A DNA stretch of 63,816 nucleotides, counting the filler, from Reclinomonas americana ATCC 50394 (lineage: Eukaryota), in the NCBI GenBank assembly GCA_048213135.1. It is 6 parts of 5 records of this genome, joined end to end, with 100 filler letters (N's around TTAATTAATTAA, not from the genome) between each part and the next. Parts side by side here need not be neighbours in the genome. Positions count along the whole stretch, not along the records: positions 1 to 17,264 come from PS015293.1; 5 more parts are not named here. The stretch is one strand, 5' to 3'. Positions 1-10,653 of this stretch are shown here, piece after piece. The position numbers and the translations under genes were made by a program. The notes under the pieces are model-generated. The model searched no databases. It was given only the letters and a program-made list of their open reading frames with translations, and was not told the DNA's origin. Position 1 is the first letter of the stretch. Every line of letters starts with the position of its first letter.

Positions 1-1374
1 ACCCGACGTCTCAATCAACACGTAGAACGGGTACGGCTTCTCGAACGGCTCACTGCGGCCCGTGAGTGAGTTTCCTCGCCTGCACACGGCGAGTGACAAC
101 ACACAAACACACTCACCGAGCGCCATTGTGGGCCAGATGCTTGATCACAGTCTCGCACGACTGGCGATCAAAGAACTCGAACGCTTCACACATTATCCGC
201 AATCAGCCACACGAGTAAACGGGCAGAGCGACGCTTGGTACGCACCCGACAAAATATCGCTCAGTGCCGCGCGCGCCTGTGTAAACACTTGCAGCACTTG
301 CGCGAAAGAATCGAGGCCCAGAACGCACACGTTGAGCGCACGCGGTCGCACCGGCAGCAGCACCGCGGCCTTGGTGATCACTGAACAAGAAACGACGGTG
401 AATCAAAGCAACAAGACCACGCGTCATGCAACTGACACACTGACCGCCGAGCGTGCCCTCCGCTCCGATGAATATCTGCTTGAGGTCGTACCCCGTGTTG
501 TCCTTGCGCAGCGTCTTGAGCATGTCCAGCACGGTACCGTCGGCCAGCACCACCTCCAGACCGAGAGTGTTGCCGTGCAGTGAGCCGTACCGCAGATATC
601 GAAGACCGCCGGCATTGGTCGACAGATTACCACCAATCTGGCAGCTTCCCTTGGCGCCCAGATCCAGCGGGAAGATGTAACCGCGCTGCGCCGCATACGT
701 GTCCACTTGCTCCAGCACACAGCCGGCCTCGCAGGTGAGAATGCCACTGACGGCATCGAAATCTCTGCGGCAGACCAATCATTGAGAAGGCCACAAGCGC
801 GACACTGCATGCACATGCAAGAACGCAACACAATCTTGTTCATGCGCGACAGTGACAGCACCACCTCGTCGTACACTGGCACCGAGCCACCCACTAGCCC
901 AGTGTTGCCACCCTGCGGAGTCACCGCCAGACTGCGTGCATGACAGTGTCGGAGAATCGCGCTCACTTGCTCCGTGGTCTTCGGGCGCAGTGCGAGCTTC
1001 GACTGACCGCAGTTGTGCTTCAGCCAGTCTCGGTTCAACGGCTACGCACACACGCGCGCACATACAGTGAGAGTCACGCAGACAACTCCTCATGTGCATG
1101 ACAACGACCTCACCTCCAACTCACTCGCATCAGTGACGAGGCCGTCGCGGCCAACAATCGACTCAAAGTGAGCCACGTCCTTGTCTGTCAGCTGTGCGCA
1201 CGCACACACTGGAGTGAGTGGGAGGAGGAGAGTGACTGGTGCACACAAGTCACACACCTTTGCAAAGCGCGCATCGCGTGGTGTGTCCTTGCGCGCGCCA
1301 AAGAGACTCGTCATGCAGCGCACATGTGCACGCGCAGGCACAGTGCCACAGCGATGCCACAGCGCACTCAGCAT
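1..1374 (-). CDS. D2HGDH: D-2-hydroxyglutarate dehydrogenase, FAD-linked (multi-exon, runs off window start)
   Basis: Spliced translation has [57 protein letters not shown] and LSAFEFFD. Arg-rich N-terminus resembles a mitochondrial presequence. Confidence 0.93.
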
Positions 1375-1447
1375 GACGAGCAAAGAGTCTGCAGGTCAAC
1401 CAACGAATGGACTTTGTGACTGCATAAGCACACTCATTCACTACTCG

Positions 1448-2887
1448 ATGGCCAGCGGAGGCAACGCGCTGACACGGCGACCACTGCTGCTGCTGGTCAT
1501 TGTGGCCCTGCTGGCCGGTGCCTTTCTGCTCGGTCGCCTGTCCACGCACATGTGGTCCAACAGCGCATCGCTGTCATCGTCATCGTCTTCATCATCGTCG
1601 TCTTCTTCTTCGTCATTGTCATTAGCCAGTGGTGCATTGGGCGGTGCAGTGGCTGGTGGGCGAGCATCGGCTGCGTCGGCCTGGACCAACTGGGCGCTGG
1701 CATCGAGTGTGTCCTCAGTTGCGTGCCAGACGCCTCTTCGATCGCTCTCATCCTTCCCTCCCACTGTTGCTGCTGTAGGCGAGTGGCGAACCGCTGCAGT
1801 GGTCGCAGCGACCGATCCGCGTGTGCCTCATGCATCCGGTGACATCGGTCGGTGCGCCTGGCACGATCGAGGACCAGCCGTCGCTGACCAAGTTTGTCGA
1901 CTCGTTGGCGCGCACGGGCGAGGCGGCACCGCGGTACGAGTATCGCCTGCTTGTGGGCTACGATCTGTTCGACATGGTGTGGGACCAGGATAGGAACCGG
2001 CAACGGTATGTGGAGTTGGCGAAGCAGCGAGTGGCGTCGTCGGGAGTGCATCTGGACGTGCGCTTCGTGCGGCTGTACGGACTCAAGGGCCACATTCTGG
2101 CCATCTGGAACGTGCTGGCGCGGCAGGCGCTTGTCGATCAGTGCGACTACATTATGCCCTCCAACGACGACTTGCTGCTGAAGACCAAGGGCTGGACGTC
2201 GCTGGCGATCCAAGTTGCGTTCCCCGCTCCGCTCCGCTACGATGAGGGTGAGGGTGTTCATTGCGTCGTGTGTGCACACAGCAACTCCTCGTCAGTCCGG
2301 TCGCTCCAAACTTTGGCCTGGTGGCCTTCTTCGACGAGTACATGCCCGAGGTATCGATCTCTGTGTTGTAATGCAGAAACTGCAGAGAAGCTGACTGGGT
2401 TTCACACAGTGGCCGACGTTTCATCTCGTGCATCGCACTCATTTGGAGATTTTCGGTGCGGTGTTGCTGGTGCCGTTCGTCTTCGTCTTTATTTACTCAA
2501 CGATAGCCGACAGACGGCGTGTACTACCCGTTCCACTTCAAGGCGTCCCTCGTCGACCCGGCCATCTTTGATGTGTACGCACCGTTCCGTGGTGCCATTC
2601 ACCGCACCGATCTCGTGGTGCAGAATCGCGTGGGCATCGACAACGGAGCTGCCAGATACGACTACGACGACAAGTGCGACGAGGTGTGCGTGGAGCTGTT
2701 CAAGAGGTGGCGCCTGCACCTCGCAGACGTCATCGACAACAACGGCCTCTATCGATCGTGGATGCCCACCGCACAGCAGCTGCAAACGTTCCGCTCGGAA
2801 ACATTCAAGGATAAGTCATATCGCAGCGGTTCACTATGGGTTCTGGAGCAGGCGGCAGCAACAACGCCGCCACCATCACCAAAGTAA
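1448..2887 (+). CDS. Type II membrane glycosyltransferase-like protein (GT-A fold, multi-exon)
   Basis: N-terminal TM (LLLLVIVALLAGAFLLG), poly-Ser stem, then YRLLVGYD...AIWNVLARQA...DYIMPSNDDLLLKTKGW with a DxD-like NDD motif. Confidence 0.65.
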
Positions 2888-2956
2888 TGTTAGAGTGAAT
2901 GCCGACGTGTGTAAGAGGAGAGCTCCGCGTCGTCGTCGTCGTCGTCATCGCTTCGC

Positions 2957-3346
2957 TCACATGATCTGCCAGCCGCTAACCAGGCTGACCATCGGCAGGA
3001 GACACTCGGCCGGCTGGCCACGCAGGTTGACGTGCGCAGTGACGGCCCGACGCGAATCGTGGTCAACGGCGAACTGATCGCCATGCTCGGTATGCAGAAA
3101 GGCGGTGACCGCCTGCTTGAGACGGGCCAGTTCGCTCTCCGGATCAATGAGGATGCTCCGGGCGCCCCACATCCGTGTCGGCACCAACGGAAGCTCCGTG
3201 ACGCCCTCCGCCACATGCGTCTGGCAAAAGGCACGCACAAGCTCAAGCGCCGTCTGCGCCTCGGCGGAACCCGCCGACTTGCCATTGACGTACACCATGG
3301 TGAAATGGTTGTCGGAACCAGCGTCGAGGACAATTGCAAAGCCCAT
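2957..3346 (-). CDS. Small intronless 2H-phosphoesterase-like protein (129 aa)
   Basis: ATG in A-rich context. Two His motifs about 90 aa apart: NHFTMVY and TAHVNL. Confidence 0.5.
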   Translation of the reverse strand: MGFAIVLDAGSDNHFTMVYVNGKSAGSAEAQTALELVRAFCQTHVAEGVTELPLVPTRMWGARSILIDPESELARLKQAVTAFLHTEHGDQFAVDHDSRRAVTAHVNLRGQPAECLLPMVSLVSGWQIM

Positions 3347-3503
3347 TTTGTGTTGAAGTTGATTTGATGGTGATGTTGAGGTTGTTGAAGATGCAGATGA
3401 GGTCGGCTCGCAGAAGCTCGGATAATGTGTGTATGTTGGTAAACCGTGTACACGCGCGCGGTATTTGTAGCGACCTCAACTCGATCCGATTTCGTTCATG
3501 GAC

Positions 3504-4800
3504 TCACGTGGACTTCACGAATCGTGCTTGGAGCCATTTCCGGTCCATGCTCACTGCATAAATATGCACGAAAAAAATGAGTTGACCGTAAAACCCCACC
3601 ACAAGAGACGAGAGTGGAGTAGGCAGTGGACTAGAGGAAAAAGGAAAGGGAGAGACGGAAAACACACCTTCGAGTTTCCGATTTTCGACCGTCCGCTCAT
3701 GCCGTTTCATGTCGATCAGAACAAAGCCGCACTCGCGCATCATACACACCAGCTCGTCTGCGTAGCAAATGAGCACAACACACGCACACATGCACCATGG
3801 TAGCACTGGCCTTACGCACCTGGGTCGAAAAAGTACACCAGCGTGCCGTCACCGCGCATGAAATAGTGATTGCCGAGCTCGGCCGGCGCACCGGCCTCGT
3901 CCTCAAACTGGCGCTGCCGCAAGTCGTCGCGCAGGTAATCGCGGAACAGCAAGTGACCGCCGACCTTCATCTTGCGGTTGATGCCACGCAGCGCCGCCGA
4001 CATGGTTTGCGGCGGCAGTGCGCTGAGCACAAAGATGAGCGAGCACAGGTCGACGCCACCGTCGGGAATCCCCGCCGGCAGCACTCCTGTCATCAGATCG
4101 CACGTCTGCATGTGCACGCTGCGTGGTAAGCACACTTGACTGACCGCCCCACACGTGCGACACACACGCACCGTGGCCACAGCGCCCGCCTGTTGCATCA
4201 ACTCATGCTCATTGACAATGCGCACAGCGGCCGCCGACACATCAAACGCATGGTACTGCCAGTGTGGATGATCGCGCATGACCGGGAACAGCGTGTTGCC
4301 CGCACCACAACCGGCCTCCAAGTACACAATCGCGGGCGACGATGAAGAAGAAGAGGGCTCCAACTCGGGGAACTCACGCGCCAAGTAATGCCGATCCTTG
4401 AAGAAGCGGTCGCCTTTCTCGCGGAAGAAGCGCTCCCAGGCGTGGTTCGAGCGCGACTCGATGCGCTGACGCCGACGAAGCTGCACTGGCAATGAGAAAC
4501 CGAAAGGAGCAGAGGAGTGTGTGGGGGAAGGGAGAGACGCGCCCGTGGATTGCACACATCGGGGTTGGGCATGTACGAGGCGAACCCCGCCGTGTATGGA
4601 CGATATGCGGGATCACCACGATACACCTCCTCTTCTTCCTCTTCTTTTTGCTCTTCCTCTTCCTCTGCTGCCTCGTGCACATGCACATGTCCGCGCTCCT
4701 CCTCCTCAGCCTCGTGCACAGACATCCACTGTCGCCACGCGGCTGCCACCAGTGGCGAGGCAAGTGCGAGCACAGCAGCTGCTGCGTTTGCGCTCCACAT
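3504..4800 (-). CDS. tRNA m3C methyltransferase, METTL6/METTL2/Trm140 family (multi-exon)
   Basis: WERFF...FFKDRHYLAREFPEL, SAM motif YLEAGCGAGNT, LIFVLSA, LLFRDY...D, YFMRGDGTLVYFF, C-terminal MDRKWLQARFVK. Confidence 0.88.
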
Positions 4801-4883
4801 TCACTTGTGAGTCTGTTGGTCCGCACTCAGCGAAAAACGCTCACTTTTTTTCGCAAAACACTGAGAACTTCTCACACGCCGAC

Positions 4884-7598
4884 ATGCAAGACGGTGGCTT
4901 GTGGCAGCTGAGTGTGGACCGTGGTCGTCAAGTGTGGGACTACGTGGTGGAGAAGCAGGCGCAGAAGCTGAATCGCACAGTCGAGGAGCATCTGCTGTCG
5001 AAGAAGAGTGTTGCGTCGTCATGATGACATGCGTGAGAAAGTGAGAGGCACACACACACATGCACGCACTCTGTTATAGAGGCTGTTGGTGTCACACGCA
5101 TGTGCTTATGCGCGTGATGAATGATGGATCGCAGAATGATCCGCATTCTCGATACGAGAATCTCGAGCCGGTGTTTGGTTCGACTGATGAGTCTGTGCGC
5201 GCCGCCATTCGCTTCTACTCGACCATTCAGACCGAGGATGGCCACTGGGCTGGTGACTATGGCGGTCCCATGTTCCTCCTGCCAGGTGCGTGTCGCTGGA
5301 GATGAGGGGAGCGATTGGTCAATGCCATGGCTTCTCATGAAATTGTGCACGGGCAGGCTTGGTGATTACGTGCTACTCGGCACAAGTGGAGCTCCCGGAG
5401 CCGCACAAGCGGGAGATGATTCGGTACTTGAGCAACCAGCAGCGCGAGGATGGTGGCTGGGGACTGTTGCGTGCGCGACGATGCGTTATCCCGCGTCCTC
5501 GCCTGGCCGCTCATCTCGTCTCTGGCAGGCACATCGAGGGCCGATCGACCGTGTTCGGCACTGCGCTCAACTACGTGTCGATGCGCCTTTTGGGAGTGGA
5601 CAAGGACGATCCACGTGCGGTGCGTGCACGCCACTGGCTGCACGAGCACGGCGGTGCGTGCGGAATCCCCTCGTGGGGCAAGTTTTGGCTCGCCACTCTC
5701 GGTGTGTACGAGTGGCATGGCATGAACCCCGTGCCGCCGGAGCTGTGGTGGTTGCCGTCGTGGTTGCCGTTCCATCCGTCGCGCATGTGGTGCCACTGCC
5801 GTGTGGTGTATCTGCCCATGGTGTGTGTGAGAAAGGAGAGGGAGCCAGAGAGTTGCCACTTCTCCACTTCAGCTCATCCCGTGTGTATGCACACAGGCCT
5901 ACATCTACGGTTCGCGATCTCAGTGTCGCCGCACTCCACTGATTGACTCGTTGCGCGAGGAGTTGTACCCGATGCCATACGATCAGATTGACTGGCCGGC
6001 ACAGCGCAACTTTTGCCACCCGATCGATCTCTACAAGTCACACTCGTGGCTGATGAAGACCGCCAATGGTGAGTTTCTCTTCGAGGCCTCCTCCCTCCTG
6101 TGTGCATGCTCACTCTGGCACGCGCAGCCGTGCTCAACGTGTACGAACCAATGCACTCGGCGCGTGTGCGCAAGCTCGCTCTCGACGAGTGCATCGACCA
6201 CATTGTGCACGAGGACAAGACGACAAAGTACATTGACATTGGACCCGTCAACAAGGTCTGCAACATGCTGTGCTGCTTCTACGCCTTTGGCCCCGACGAC
6301 GAGAGATTCACGAAGCACATTCCGCGTATCTACGGTGCGCAACGTCAACAATCGCGACATGATTCTTCTCTCTCCTCGACTCTAACACTCGCGCGTGCCG
6401 CAGACTACCTGTGGCTCTCCGACGATGGCATGAAGATGCAGGGCTACAATGGCTCACAACTGTGGGACACGGCGTTTGCCGTGCAGGCCATTATCGATAC
6501 GGGCCTGGGTGAGGAGGTGGCCGACACGCTGCAGCGTGCCAGCGACTACATTGATATTACGCAAGTCGACGAGGATGTGGACCAGCTCGACAAGTACTTC
6601 CGACACATCTCCAAAGGCGCCTGGCCCTTCTCGACCAAGGATCACGGTGAGTGGATGGAGTGCGACCTTGGTCGCCGCTGTGTGCTCAAACGACACGCGC
6701 AGGTTGGCCGATCTCGGATTGCACGTCGGAGGGTCTGAAGGCGGCCATCAAACTGCGCCACTTGCCGTACATCACCAACCCCATTCCGAAGGAACGCCTG
6801 TACGACGCCGTCAACGTGTCGCTGTCGATGCAGAACGAGTGCGGAGGGTGGGCGACATACGAGCTGATGCGCGGCTCGAAGATCCTCGAGTTGTGCAACC
6901 CATCCGAGGTCTTTGGCGACATCATGATCGACTACCCATACGTCGAGTGCACGAGCGCGTCGGTGCAGTCACTGCTGGCCTTTGCGCACGACTTCCCGCA
7001 TCACCGCAAGGCCGAGATTCGGCAGTCGATTGAGCGCGCAATCAAGTTCATCGAGAGCATTCAGCGCGCCGACGGCAGCTGGTACGGCAGCTGGGGTGTG
7101 TGCTTCACCTACGGCACGTGGTTCGGCGTCGAGGCTCTGGTGGCGGTCGGTCGTTCGTACGAAAAATGCCCGCATGTGCAAAGTGCGTGCGACTTTTTGG
7201 TGGGCAAGCAGATGGAGTCGGGCGGGTGGGGCGAGACCTTTGAAGTTACGCTCACTCGTGTAAGCTCCAGCATTTCCCCTGTCGATCTCACACACGCATT
7301 TACTTCCTCGCAGTCGTGTGTGGTCAAGGAGTACTCGCAGAATGAGTGGGCGCAGGTAATCAACACATCATGGGCTCTCCTGGCGCTGATGGCTGCCGGC
7401 TATCCCGACCAGAAGGCGATCGATCGCGGCATTCAGCTACTGCGACGGCGCCAGCTGCCGAACGGCGACTTCCCACAAGAGTGCATCAGTGGCGTCTTCA
7501 ACGCCAACGCCATGATCAGCTACTCCAACTACCGCAACATCTTCCCCATCTGGGCTCTCGGTCGCTACCGCCAGCTGTATCCGCAATCCAAGCTCTGA
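4884..7598 (+). CDS. CAS1: Oxidosqualene cyclase, cycloartenol-synthase type (multi-exon)
   Basis: [22 protein letters not shown] repeats, [20 protein letters not shown] and [16 protein letters not shown]. Carries the Tyr/His/Ile triad diagnostic of cycloartenol synthases. Confidence 0.93.
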
Positions 7599-7920
7599 TC
7601 GCAGCGACGTCGCGCGCGATCATGCCTTTCTTGAATTTTCTGTTTAGATGCTGCTTGCATTCGCTTCTTATACCTCTTGTTTTCTTTATACTCTGTTGTC
7701 TGCACTGAATGAATGCAAGGTTCGATGTACACCCGCCCTCACGTGATGTGCGGTCGACGTCCGGGAGAAGATTCTCCGGACCGCATCTTTTGTCGTCTCT
7801 CTTTCTTTGTGAGCCAAGCGCGCTGGTACGTACAATATGCATATGTGCATAAGTGGGTGGGTGGGTAGGTGTACTCGCCTGACTGACGCTCTCTCATGCC
7901 TGTATGCAGCGACGCGGATC

Positions 7921-10626
7921 ATGGCCAGTGAATCATCATCATCATCGTCGACATCATTTTTGCGTTTTGAGCCGCTGCACTGTGTAATCGACCCGGCTTT
8001 CTGGTGGGAACTCGCCACGGCCAAGTTGGATGTGCTGCACGCCGACGAAGGACCATTGCCGTTGCGAGTTGCGTCCACAGTGAGGGAATCTCCACTCCAG
8101 GCAATGTGCTGACTGTGCTTGTTGTGTGTGTGTGAGGCAGGCATTGTACTCGTGGAGTCAGCGAGCATTCACTCCACTTCCGCTGGCGTCGGCAGCGGCC
8201 GCCACTGCGACAGCCGACACGGATGAGGATGAGAGCGAATCCGGACACGCGACAACAACGACAACAGAGCTCTGTTATTCGCATGGAATGCAGGTGGGCG
8301 ACGGATCGACTCCGGCGCGTCTCTTTGTGCCGAGTGGAGCGCTCGACTGCCGCTCCGACTCGCTGCCGACGCCATTCGGCGGCGACTACGCTGTGTGGGT
8401 GCGTGGCTCAGTGATGGTCTACAACAACAAACTGGCGATGAAGCACGTGGACAAGGCGGCGATGCTGCAGGAGATTGTGCGCCGCATGCGAGCCGAGTGG
8501 GCGACTGCGGAGGCCACCGAGCATGGCCCCCAGTTGCACGGCTTCATTCTGCTCGTGTACATGGACATCAAGAAGCAGAAGAACTGGCACTGGGCGGCGC
8601 ATGCGGCACTGGTGACGCCACTGCCGGCTGTCATCACCTCCGCCTCGCTCCTCGATGAGGTCCCGGCGACGGCCACTGCCTTGAATGTTCACAATGCGCA
8701 CCACGTTGAGACCGTGTGCAACTGGTTGCGTCACCACAGGCATGCGCACAGCTTGGCCGCGTTCGCCATCAAGTCCGGCCCATCTGGTGCCGTACATCCA
8801 GAGGTGTTGTCCACTGCCCTCTTCCGTCACCACTGCACCATGCGAGGTATGCTCGTTCAGGCTACTCACAGTTGCGCATGGCGACGACAACGAACTCACT
8901 GATTGTGCCGATCGCACAGAGACGAGTGACGGTGTGGAACTGCTGGTGGATCCACGTTCACTGCTGGTGTGCGTCCTCGATCCGTGTGCTCGATCCGACA
9001 GTGTCGGGTGGCCGGCTCGGAACTTGCTGTACTGGTGCCTCGATGCAGTGCAACCCATGCTCACCGACCGCAGGTTTTGTCGCCCGCTGTCTTTACGTCG
9101 GGAGTTTTGTTCGCATCTCACGATCGCACGCAGCCTGCCTGCCACTCTGTCGTTCACGCTGCTGGCGCTGCGGCACGATGCGGAGCACGGACTGCATCAT
9201 TCGCGACTCCTCACCCTCCAGTTGGCCATTCCAGTGCGCAGCGAGGACGGCGAGGAGTCGGTGCGCTGCGTCGGCTGGGAACGCAGCAGTGATGGGGAGT
9301 TGTTGCCGCAGACCACCGACCTCGGTCTGCTGGTCGACCCAGAAAGGTGAAGACATTCTTCTCAACACTGTCGTTGTATTTTCCCTCGCCTCGCTACTCA
9401 CCCGTCACTCGTACCCACAGCATGGCTCGTCGAGCCTCGGTGCTCAACCTCTCGCTGATGCGCTGGCGTGTGGCACCCAAGCTGGACTTGGACCTAATTG
9501 CATCCACACGCTGTATGCTCGTCGGTGTCGGCACGTTGGGATGCGATGTGGCGCGCGCATTGTTGGTGAGTTTNNNNNNNNNNNNNNNNNNNNGAGAGAG
9601 AGAGAGAGCAGCACGGTATTACGTGGGTTCTCATTTCTTTGCTGCGCATGCACAGCACGTCCGATCCGTCCACATGTCGTTCCCGCTCCTGGGTGAGCGC
9701 GTGCCCGTGGCCAACACCAAGCGCGACATGGAGACATTTGGGGCGCTTTTGCAGGAGGTGGACGTGGTGTTTTTGTTGTTGGATTCGCGAGAATCCCGTT
9801 GGTTCCCGGCCGTGATGGCCGCCCTCCACGACAAGGTGCGTTTTTTTGTGCGCAGTGCCTCTTGAGTGCCTCCCCTCATCCACTGCGTGCGCAGGCTGCA
9901 ATCACGGTTGGCCTCGGATACAGTTCCTACACGGTCGTGCGTCACGGCTCGCCCAGTGTGCCGCTCGATCAGCGGCTCGGTTGCTGGTTTTGCCCCGACC
10001 CATCGGCCCCTCGACCTGTGCGTTGCTGCCCCCCACCCACGATGTGCACGAGATGCACTCCAGTTGTTCACTTTGTAGTGTGCAGCCGTCGTCCAACCTG
10101 ACACTGGATCAAAAGGCCACCGTCAGTCGCCCGGGAGGTGCCATGGTGGTGTCAGCCATGGCGGCAGAGTTGCTGGTCAACATGCTGCATCATCCGCTCA
10201 GGTGCTCCCAGTCTACGCCGACTACTTCCACCCTCATTCTCATTTTCCCTTTTCCGCAGACACCGCGCCGGTGCTCAGGTGCCGGCCACGTCGCAGGCGC
10301 ACGGCCCGCATGTGATTGGCGACGTGTCGCACTCGAGCCCCATGGGCGAAGTACCGCACGAGCTGCGCGGTTCACTCGAGGACTTCTCCCTGACGCCCAT
10401 GCTTGGAGCCGCCAACTCGCAGTGCATCGCCTGCTCGTCGCACGTTCTCGACGCCGTGCGCACCGGCGGCGCGGAGTTCATCAATCGATGCACGCGCAGA
10501 CCGCGAGTGCTGGAGATGATCACCGGACTGACGCCGTTGCTGGAGGAGGCCGATGATCTCAACGAGCACGCACACGCAGAACAGTGGACATGCGGCGACG
10601 AACCAGACGAGTGGCAAGTTTTGTAG
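7921..10626 (+). CDS. ATG7: ATG7-like E1 enzyme homologue (multi-exon, internal gap at 9574-9593); catalytic Cys position is Ala
   Basis: IDPAFW, DP...GWPARNLL, VGWER, LNLSLMRWRVAP, GVGTLGCDVARAL, DVVFLLLDSRESRWFP, LGCWFC, TLDQKATVSRPG, VPHELRG, CIACS. Confidence 0.88.
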
Positions 10627-10653
10627 GCAGGGTAACAATTAAACGGACTGAGT

